Virus record (IMG/VR): IMGVR_UViG_3300028735_000004
Coordinates: 128,001 to 192,000 of that record
Length of the DNA stretch: 64,000 bases
From: a virus
Lineage: Duplodnaviria; Caudoviricetes
Reading direction: 5' to 3' (one strand)
The translations under genes were made by a program, and so were the position numbers. Shown in pieces: positions 1-8,711 of this stretch. Below the pieces are notes generated by a model that saw only the letters and a list, made by a program, of their open reading frames with translations, had not been told where the DNA came from and did not search any database. The stretch's first letter is position 1. The number at the start of each line of letters is the position of its first letter.

Positions 1-1405
1 ATAATAAAAAACAATAGCGGTATTATTTTCTGGGTTGGCGGGATTTTCTTGAAAGTTTCTGTCTGGATATTCCTGCTGAAACATTCTTTTAATTGTAATT
101 AAATATGATTTTAAATCTATCCCAGCAAATTTTTTATATATAGGATCTAAAGAGGCAATAATAGAATTTATTTCCTGATCTAATTGTAGAAGGTATTTTT
201 CATCATCTTCAAAATGAAATTGATCTAAATCTTTACTTTTTTTATATTTAGGTATGGCTAATATTTTTTTACTTAATTGTTCGGTATCTTTAAATTTTTC
301 TAAATCTAATCTAATTAATTTTAACCTATTAGATATTTTTTCATCTAATATATCATCTGCTTCTTTCCTAAGATTAGTTTCAAGTTTGTCGAGAATATGG
401 TGCTTGACTTTAAAAGTGGCGGCAAGCCCCGCTTTCTCATAAATCTCCTTATATGTTTTAATTTTTTCAATTTCAGATACATCGAAACCTAACCCGCCCC
501 TGACATATCCATTTTCTACATTTTGAATTTTATTTATTATTTCATATACTAATTCGCGTTTTTGATCAGCGGCATTTTCATCCATAAATTTTAAAAATTT
601 TTGATTTTCTTCATCAGATAAAAATTCATCCATTGATTTTTTAATAAATTTTTCTAAATATGGTAATAATTTTTTGCGTTTATCATAATCTTCAATTATA
701 TTATTGAATTGAGAAATTAAATTAGTAATTTTGTTTATTTTTTCATCAAAATTTAAAGCATTAATATTAAATAAAGATAATTTTAAATCAAATCCATAAG
801 TATATGCTTTAGTTCCAAAAAAGTATCCTATTTTTTTAGAAACTGACTTAACAATTAATTCAGCAATATTTTTAAATAACTGTTCATATGTTAAATTATC
901 GTAATTAAAATTAATGTCCGTTGATGCTAATTCGTTTGCTTCTTTATATTTTTGATAGAACACTTTACCAATTTCTTGAAGCTCTTTATATTTATTTATT
1001 ATTTGATCTTTCAGATCATCTGACAAATTTTCATCTATTTTAAGTATGTTTTTATATTTCTCAATTTTTTTTTTGATTATAAGTACTATAATTATAATAA
1101 CTATAATAATTTTGACTATTTCTTATATTTTTTTGATGCTCAATTTCTTCTTGTAATTTTTGTTTTCTTTCTTCTGGTATTTTATTTAATTTTATGTGTT
1201 CTTTCTCAATGTCTGGAAAATTTAAATTTAACTCTTCAGGTTTTTTTGGAAGCTTTTCATATTTTTCATAAGAACTTGGTATTTTACTAACAGTTTGGTT
1301 AGTGTCATAATCTACTTTATCTACAAATAATAAACCTTGCTGACTATTATTATAAGGAGTTAATTTCTCATCTAATTTGGTGTGCTGTGATACTTTTTTA
1401 ATCAT
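1..1405 (-). pseudogene. Hypothetical protein split by a 1-nt frameshift in an A10 run; runs off window start
   Basis: ORF 1405-1061 stops right after a 10-A run (about 1065-1074). Removing one A joins it to a frame (QKKIEKYKNILKIDENLSDD...) that I read as open to base 1. Confidence 0.6.
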
Positions 1406-1907
1406 CTAATCTTTCCATTAAAACTTGTTCTTTGTCTTTTCGCTCTTTACCATTAAATTTGTGATGATCTAATAAATGATCAACATATTTTTGAGCCTCA
1501 TTTTCGCCAAATTGCTCATCAATATATTCTATTTGATGTTTAAATGCTTCTTCTTCATATGGATTATCCAGATAATTACCATCATCTGCACTTTGCGTTG
1601 GTTTATCAGAATAAAGCTGCTGATGATGATGAATTAATTCGTGCTGTAAATAATGTATATCTTTAAAAAAATCACCATCAATTAATAATTTATAATTTAA
1701 GGTAATTACTCCTTTTTCGGTTCTTGCGGAAACCGGCAAATCACCAAACTTTACCGGAACTAAATCAATAAAATCTTCTTCTAAATTATTTTCTTTACAA
1801 AAATCTTTATAACTATCTTGTTTTTTAAGATATTCCTTGGCTCTATTAATTAAAGATAATAAAACCTTTGGCGGCAATTTTTTAACAGTTTCTAAAGATA
1901 ATTTCAT
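1398..1907 (-). CDS. HExxH zinc-metallopeptidase-like protein
   Basis: LQHELIHHHQ motif plus downstream NPYEEEAF; coupled to next gene. Confidence 0.55.
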   Translation of the reverse strand: MKLSLETVKKLPPKVLLSLINRAKEYLKKQDSYKDFCKENNLEEDFIDLVPVKFGDLPVSARTEKGVITLNYKLLIDGDFFKDIHYLQHELIHHHQQLYSDKPTQSADDGNYLDNPYEEEAFKHQIEYIDEQFGENEAQKYVDHLLDHHKFNGKERKDKEQVLMERLDD

Positions 1908-1950
1908 CGCACACTTCTACATATAAATGCGATATTATTAAATGCTTAAA

Positions 1951-2886
1951 TTAAAAATTTATCTTTTTATTTATTTCATTCCAGAAAACTTTAACTGCTT
2001 TTTGATATCTTTCTGGATCGTGATTTTTTAATTTCATAAAAAATGGTCTTATTGAATATACTACCTGAGCTGGTTCTTGTTTTGCGGTATCTAATAAATG
2101 TTGTTTTAACTTATTATACATATTTTCAGAACCTATCCATAATTTAGCTAATTGTTCTTTCATTTTAGGGGTTCTTTCATAATTAGCAAAAAATAAATAA
2201 TCATTAACTTCATCTGTTAAATTGGTATAAAACTCTATATCTCTTAACATATGATGAGTATCTGGCATTGATTTAGTTTTATCTTTTCTTCCGTATAAAT
2301 CAATATCTTTTTTTCTAACATTTTTAGGAGGCAATCCGGCAATATTTTTTTTTCTATCTAATCTTGTTAATTTAGTTAATATAAATTGTAATGCGTGAAT
2401 TAATTCGTGTTTTGCTGTAGTTTGATTTATATGTAATCCATATTTAAATTGGTTTAAATACGCAACATCATATTTATGTATCGCTACTTCCATTATATTG
2501 GTTTCAAAATTATACATTCCAAAAACAGAAGGATCTGCTGATAAAGCATTAATTCTTACCTCAATACTATCTTCGATTAATTCTTCTTTAAACCACTGGT
2601 ATAATAGTTTCTTTTTTTCTGGAGTTAAATATTTCCAATTAGATAATAGAAGCGGCAATCTAAACACTAATGTTTCGCCTTTAGGATCTCTTGGAATACT
2701 GGTATATTTTAAACATTCTTCTATTATTCTATCACTATGGCTTAAATCTTCGCCTTTTTCTGCTCTGCGACGCCTATTTCTTTGATGTAAAAATAACACT
2801 ACTCCTGCATAATATTCAGATACTTTTCTATTCAAAATATCTAACATTTCTTGCGGTGGTTCAAATAATCCAGATATTTTAAGCAT
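1951..2886 (-). CDS. HExxH metallopeptidase-like hypothetical protein
   Basis: AKHELIHALQ motif preceded by FGMYN; downstream RDIEFYTNL. Confidence 0.5.
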   Translation of the reverse strand: MLKISGLFEPPQEMLDILNRKVSEYYAGVVLFLHQRNRRRRAEKGEDLSHSDRIIEECLKYTSIPRDPKGETLVFRLPLLLSNWKYLTPEKKKLLYQWFKEELIEDSIEVRINALSADPSVFGMYNFETNIMEVAIHKYDVAYLNQFKYGLHINQTTAKHELIHALQFILTKLTRLDRKKNIAGLPPKNVRKKDIDLYGRKDKTKSMPDTHHMLRDIEFYTNLTDEVNDYLFFANYERTPKMKEQLAKLWIGSENMYNKLKQHLLDTAKQEPAQVVYSIRPFFMKLKNHDPERYQKAVKVFWNEINKKINF

Positions 2887-2887
2887 A

Positions 2888-3772
2888 TTATCCTATTGAT
2901 TGATAAAACATTATTATTTTATTTATAAAAAGTATATATTTTTTAAATATTTTATCTCGTTGTTCTTTATTATCAGTATCAATATCAAAATATTCTCGAT
3001 TTAATAATTCGTTTTCTTCTTTAAAATAATCAATATTGTTTTTAATTAATGAATAAAATTGTCGTATTTTATTTAATTGTTTTGAATGTTTAGCGTTATC
3101 TAACATCTCATATATGTAATGTATAAATGCATCTAAAACATCTGAAACCTTTATGGGATGAAATTTAAATTGTAAATCAAGCGTATCAAAAGGTTCAGAA
3201 CTATTTAAGGCTTTTTTTAATTCATCTATATATTTATAACAATAATTAATACTTGAAAGCATATCTTTTTTTAATCTGATTTTAGCTAATTCAAAATCTT
3301 TTTCAGATTCAGAATAATATCTTTTATCATTTCTAATTTTAGTAGTCCAATCTTTAAAGCTATGAATATCTCCGCTTTCAGTTAAAATATCTTCTACTTC
3401 TTTATAAACATCAATTGGATCAATAAGTTCTTTTGCATCCATTAATCTTTTAATTTTATTAAATTTGCCTGGTCCAAAAGAACCGGTATGATCTTTTTCA
3501 AATACATTGATAGGTTTTAATGTATATTCAAGTCGTTCTCTGGCGTGTCTTAATTCATTTAAAACCGCTCTAACCCCATACCTGACCAAATCGTCAAGTC
3601 CCTCGGTAGCGGCTTTTAATGCTTTATAATCAACAATTCCTGAAGTATGATATATTTCTGTAGGTATTGCTAAACTTGGAATAATGCTATACATTATTCT
3701 TTTAGCCATCTCGTGCTTAATATCAGCATCACAAAATTTAAAATAATTATCTATATTATAAAATAAATTCAC
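2888..3772 (-). CDS. Hypothetical protein, paralog of 33734-34989
   Basis: Shares KHExAKRIMYSIIPSLA and DPxDVYKExExxLTESGDIHxFKDWTTKIR blocks with the + strand copy. Confidence 0.75.
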   Translation of the reverse strand: MNLFYNIDNYFKFCDADIKHEMAKRIMYSIIPSLAIPTEIYHTSGIVDYKALKAATEGLDDLVRYGVRAVLNELRHARERLEYTLKPINVFEKDHTGSFGPGKFNKIKRLMDAKELIDPIDVYKEVEDILTESGDIHSFKDWTTKIRNDKRYYSESEKDFELAKIRLKKDMLSSINYCYKYIDELKKALNSSEPFDTLDLQFKFHPIKVSDVLDAFIHYIYEMLDNAKHSKQLNKIRQFYSLIKNNIDYFKEENELLNREYFDIDTDNKEQRDKIFKKYILFINKIIMFYQSIG

Positions 3773-3916
3773 ATATATATGCTATTTAATTAGATATTTA
3801 ATTATAAATATTTTCTTTCAAAATAAATTGTAGTATCTTTATATAAGAAATTAACTATATTAGAAAGAACTCTATTGCCACCATATTCTATTATATCAAT
3901 AATTAATATGATATAT

Positions 3917-4813
3917 TTATAAAATTTGTCGTTCTCTAAGAAACCGCAGGCGCATCAAACTTGGAGATGCATTTAGTGGTCTCAAAGTTCCAACGCCAAA
4001 TGGAGCTGGGCGCATATTGTTCTTAATAAACTTCAATTTCTCAAAATAATTATTTAATAAAGTGCTATATTGGGTATTTAACATTTCTGCAATAGACGGT
4101 GGGGTAAAATTAACTCCATTATCTGTAATTTGAAACTCACGACCTCTTTCAATTAGTGCCTTAGATGCTAATGCCATTAATGTTGCGCCTTCTACTAAAA
4201 CATTATGAAACTGATCAATAATAGGAGTATCTTCAAAACTAAAAAATGTAAAAAATGGAATTTCGTTAAAAGCACTTAAAGAATCAGCAAGAAATGTGGT
4301 TAGCATATCTACACTAAAGATATCACAATCAACATAAATAATATTGCCGTAATTATCTTTGCTTTTTGATTTACCGCTGCTATTTAATCTTGCTCGCAAA
4401 GTTTTCATCAATTTATTAATATTAGCAATAGCATTTTGAGAATAATTAAATCCAGGATCATCTCCTAAATGAATATAACCGTCAGTATTTAAAGCTGGAG
4501 TTTGGGTAAAATGTACAACAAAATTAAAACTGGCTTCTATACGAAAACCGTCCATATGTCCAATCCAAGTATCATTCCATACTCCAAATGGACCCTCAAA
4601 ACCTATTGGGAACAAATACTCATATGTACCAGTGCTAATTTGAGATACACCCGAACTTGTAGGACCAGCAACTAATAATCCGCTTGGTTGCCTAATGCTA
4701 ACCTGAGGAAAAGCATCAAGATCTTTTGCTTGACCAAAACCATCTTTAAAAGTAGCTCTTAAAGATACTGTATCTTTTGGCCCAATAAATTCTCCGCGCA
4801 TTTTTACTGTCAT
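3917..4813 (-). CDS. Putative neck/head-tail connector protein with N-terminal Ig-like beta domain
   Basis: 298-aa ORF; beta-rich N-terminus (QISTGTYEY) and helical C-terminal half; function inferred from context. Confidence 0.4.
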   Translation of the reverse strand: MTVKMRGEFIGPKDTVSLRATFKDGFGQAKDLDAFPQVSIRQPSGLLVAGPTSSGVSQISTGTYEYLFPIGFEGPFGVWNDTWIGHMDGFRIEASFNFVVHFTQTPALNTDGYIHLGDDPGFNYSQNAIANINKLMKTLRARLNSSGKSKSKDNYGNIIYVDCDIFSVDMLTTFLADSLSAFNEIPFFTFFSFEDTPIIDQFHNVLVEGATLMALASKALIERGREFQITDNGVNFTPPSIAEMLNTQYSTLLNNYFEKLKFIKNNMRPAPFGVGTLRPLNASPSLMRLRFLRERQIL

Positions 4814-4857
4814 TTAGTTAGTCCTTGTTATATAAATGCGGCAATAATAATATAATA

Positions 4858-5412
4858 TTATTGTGTTTTAGGCTTGCTGTAATATATTTTCTTTATATGA
4901 TCTGGCACATCACCTTCTAATCTTTGCGTAAATTTATTTTCTTTATTGATTTTAGGTGGTGGTTCTGAAGCTGGTTGAATCAAAATCAATTCTTTAATGC
5001 TTTCGTCAGTTAAGAAATCTGTTGCTTTTGCTAAATTTGGAAAAACTTTTGATGTTATTTGTCTGGCGCCTCTTGCTTTATAAATAACTCTATATGGTTG
5101 AGTTTCAGATGCGGTGGCTTGTTTAAATTTAGTTTTTAAATGCTCTGAAATAAGTATGGGTATAACTTTATTAATATCTAATTTTTCTGCTTCAATTGCA
5201 CGACGAAGTTTGGCAAAAGCTTTACCTTCAGCAACATTATGTCCGTAAGGTTTATCATAATATCCCATATGACTTGGATATTTGCTTGATAATTCATTAT
5301 ATTTTCATATAATTTTTTAAATGTTTCCCAAACCTCAGGAGCAATTTAATGGTGCAGCAAATTTTGCAAGATTATAATACAAATAAGATGATTTTAGTAA
5401 ATTAAAATACAT
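4858..5412 (-). pseudogene. Hypothetical protein with two compensating frameshifts in its 5' part
   Basis: ATG at 5412 directly follows the upstream TAA and is in frame with ORF 5268-4858, but TGA/TAA/TGA intervene. MYFNLLKSSYLYYNLAKFAAPL / APEVWETFKKLYE / KYNELSSKYPSHMGY can be read across two shifts. Confidence 0.5.
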
Positions 5413-5748
5413 TTATCCTGGACTAACGCTATACTGACCAAATGGAGCGGAAACAACAATTTGGTATGTTTCAGTTTTAGTATAAGTTCCAGAAGGTTCA
5501 ATATAAGAAACGCTAATTAAATAAGTTCCAACCGCAGATGATCCTGAGGGTAAAATAAATGAATGATAATATAATCCAGTATCGTATTTGGTCATTGATA
5601 TTGGATAAGCCAAAGATAATGATAAATTAGGTAGTATTACTTTATCAACTACAGGAACAGTATATCCATCAGATGCAACTCCATTAGCATCTACTACTTG
5701 TAAATAAAATAAAACAGTTTGTCCAGGACTATAAGATAAAGTAATCAT
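5413..5748 (-). CDS. Small Ig-like putative structural protein
   Basis: Beta-rich; KYDTGLYYHSF...GTY resembles the N-domain of 3917-4813. Confidence 0.5.
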   Translation of the reverse strand: MITLSYSPGQTVLFYLQVVDANGVASDGYTVPVVDKVILPNLSLSLAYPISMTKYDTGLYYHSFILPSGSSAVGTYLISVSYIEPSGTYTKTETYQIVVSAPFGQYSVSPG

Positions 5749-5797
5749 TTTTCTCTAAATTAATGTTAAAATATTAATAAAAGCATATTATATTGTA

Positions 5798-6193
5798 ATG
5801 TATGGTAAAAAATCAAAAGAAGAGTTGTGGGTAAGTAATATATCTAATACAGATGTTAGTTTATCTGATTTAGGTATTACTATTCAAAAATACACAACCG
5901 TTGATTTATTTAATTTTAAAAAATATCCTTTTTTAAATAAACAATTAGTTATCCAATCTATCCAAACCGGCTCAATCTCAAAAAGACCAAATAAATTAAT
6001 CATTAGACTATTACCTCCAGAAAAGAAAAAAATAAAAAATTTACCAGTAAGTGATAAACCTTTAACCGGCTCATTATATCAAAAAAATGCCGTTAAAGTC
6101 GATAAAGAAGTGTTTGAAGAATTAGATTTGCCAGATGAAGTTTATGCAGAAGAAAACGCAGATTTTGCCGAATTTGATAGGAACAAGAAATGA
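5798..6193 (+). CDS. Hypothetical protein
   Basis: 131-aa ORF, first of a three-gene + strand cluster. Confidence 0.75.
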   Translation: MYGKKSKEELWVSNISNTDVSLSDLGITIQKYTTVDLFNFKKYPFLNKQLVIQSIQTGSISKRPNKLIIRLLPPEKKKIKNLPVSDKPLTGSLYQKNAVKVDKEVFEELDLPDEVYAEENADFAEFDRNKK

Positions 6194-6321
6194 AACAACA
6201 AGTAAAAACCGTTAAAAATGTTGAAGAAAAAGATTTACTTCAAGAATATGATGAGTTAGATAAAAAAATAGAAGAAACAATTAAAAAAATAAAAAGTAAA
6301 AAAATAAAAGCAGTAAAATAA
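6190..6321 (+). CDS. Small coiled-coil protein (43 aa, not in ORF track)
   Basis: ATGA overlap with upstream stop; MKQQVKTVKNVEEKDLLQEYDELDKKIEETIKKIKSKKIKAVK. Confidence 0.6.
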   Translation: MKQQVKTVKNVEEKDLLQEYDELDKKIEETIKKIKSKKIKAVK

Positions 6322-6330
6322 AGGTTTAAG

Positions 6331-6789
6331 ATGACCGACAAAAAAGATACCGGAATAACATCTTCCGAATTGCAATATATTTTAGATATTAATAAAAAAG
6401 CAATAGAGATCTATATTGAGGTCGAAAAACAAAATGAAGAAGTGTTGCATAATATCAATGAATTTAAAGAAAAAGTAGAAAATATTACTTTAAATTTAAG
6501 TGATTTAAATCATATTAATGACAAGATAGAAGATAAAATAGAGTTAAATAATAAAAAAATACAAGAAAATGAAGAAAAAATATTAAAAGAATTAGAGGAA
6601 TTTAAAAAAACTACTGTTGAAACTTTAGATAAATTAGATAAAAGTGTATCTGGTATTAAAACAGATACACAAAAACAATTACAAGATTTAGATAAGAATT
6701 TTTTTAGATTACTTATTGTACTTGGAACTATCGGTGGTGGAACTATCCTAACTATAATAAAACAAGTTATAGATATTATTAAACATTAA
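6331..6789 (+). CDS. Coiled-coil protein with C-terminal TM helix (holin-like candidate)
   Basis: Heptad-rich body; hydrophobic FFRLLIVLGTIGGGTILTII near the C-terminus. Confidence 0.45.
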   Translation: MTDKKDTGITSSELQYILDINKKAIEIYIEVEKQNEEVLHNINEFKEKVENITLNLSDLNHINDKIEDKIELNNKKIQENEEKILKELEEFKKTTVETLDKLDKSVSGIKTDTQKQLQDLDKNFFRLLIVLGTIGGGTILTIIKQVIDIIKH

Positions 6790-6800
6790 TTATTTAAATA

Positions 6801-8711
6801 TTAAGTGGCTATAATTTTGGCTGCCATTAACTTAGCTAATAAATTATTAAAATCAGATTTTAAACTATTTAAGTCAACAGCTGTAGAATCAGATTGACTT
6901 TACCCCATAGCAGGCAATGGTTCTAAGAAATTAAGGCTGTATCCCAACACTCCCATAATCCACCATTATCTGAAACTGTGTTTCCTACCACAGTAGGCCA
7001 AGTGGGTTCAATTAATCCGGTGGTTATTTCTTGTTTAGATCTATAAATATAACCATTTGGAGTAGTAGGAATAATGACACTTCCTGTTAAATATGAAATA
7101 GATGCCGTCCAAGTTGTAGGTCTTCCCCCAAGCCCAAGGAATACCTCCTGGCCTAACAACTCTCCATCCCCAATTCAAAATAATCAACCGCTCCGCCCTC
7201 TTGCGTTTTGAATTTTCTAAGAGCAACTGATGCCACTTGTGTCTCTGCTCCTAATTGGATTGGATATTGTGATGGTTATGGTGTTATTACAGTAAATCCA
7301 AAATTAAAAAATGAATTTGAGGTAATTGATTTTGGTTTTATAGCAAATGGATTAGATCAATATGCTCAACAAAATAGTTTTGCGTTAAATACAGTTATGC
7401 AAAAAGTATCTTCTGGTGATATAATTAAATTATCAAGTGGTACGGCAAAAATATCTTCTCAATGGTTGATTGATAAAGGTGTTATAATTGAAGGCTCTGG
7501 CGGATTCGTAGGCAGTACATTAATAGCGATGAGTAATGCTAGTGATTATGGTATAATTATAGATTCAGAGACAATTAAATCTATTATATTATTTATTGGA
7601 GCATATACAGGAGATTATTGTGGATTACCTAATGCTGAAGTCGATTGGGCCAGAATTTCTGATGTACAAGTGCAATCTGGATCTTATCGATCTGGAAATT
7701 TAATTGATGGTATTGCCGTTTTTGGTCATGGTATTAAAATAGATAAATGTCATGTTTACTCTATGGCTCAACACGGAATCAGAGTTGAAGGTCCAGTAAA
7801 TGCTAATGCAAATAATTGTGTTGTATCTGATTGTAGAGTTGCAAATTGTGGTGGAGATGGTATTAGAGTTGGTGGGTATGACGGTAATGCTTGTATTATT
7901 GAAAAATGTGATTGCACAAATAATGGAAATGCTCAATATAGGGATTTTTCTTTTTTAGGAAATACATTTATATCTTGCCACGCCGATGCTGCAACAGGGG
8001 AGTGGGGATATTATGCAAATAGATACGGCTCACCAACAACTTCTGTTTATATAGGATGTTATTCAGAAGCAAATGCGCCAAGTTATTTCTATGGAAGCAT
8101 AGCTATTAGGGGTGGGGCTATAGGAAATGTAACAAGAAACAGTATTTTTGTTGGAGAAACTTATGGTAGAGGTGGATATATGGTATCTAGACCTCAAACT
8201 TTTTCTTCAGATTTTTTAAATAAACAAGAATTATGGAGAAATCATACATATAGCACCAATGATATTATAGGTTATAATGGGTATATATATACTGTTACAG
8301 CCGGTGGTAAAACAGCTGATGTTCAACATAATTTACCAGTAATTAATGGTCAAACAGTTGTTGATGGAACTGCTACTTTAAGATGTGATGGCGCTAATAC
8401 TACGGAAAGAGATCCTACAATTGTTCATGTAGGAGGTATACCAGGTACAGAAAGAATAGGCGTGTTAGCTTTCGCAGGTACTCCTGAACTATTTGAACCT
8501 ACGGCACAAGCATATACATCACCAAGATTAAATGATGATTTAGGTATAATTTCACCAGTAAAATAAACATCTATATTATTTGACGAAGTACTTGGATAAG
8601 AATAAGTATCTGATGACGGATTTATTATAATAAATTAAATTCTTTATTTCTTAAATTTGTAGTAGCTGCAATTAACTGATTATTATTAACTCTAAAAATT
8701 TTTGCCGACAT
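6801..8711 (-). pseudogene. Beta-helix tail spike/fibre gene disrupted by an internal inversion (7222-8470), frameshifts and an in-frame TAA
   Basis: Starts at a TAATG overlap at 8711 (MSAKIFRV). Re-inverting 7222-8470 gives in-frame SSGVPAK|ATDATCVSAPNW and GVLA|LRKFKTQEGG. Distal pieces GWRVVRPGG, TTWTASISY...NGYIY...WEC and SQSDSTAVDLNSLKSDFNNLLAKL lie in different frames. Confidence 0.8.
7208..8566 (+). other. Apparent 452-aa pectate-lyase-like beta-helix ORF; actually the inverted middle of the 6801-8711 gene
   Basis: TTG start with no clear RBS; residues beyond 8470 are the antisense of the true N-terminus; paralogous to 8711-10891. Confidence 0.75.
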
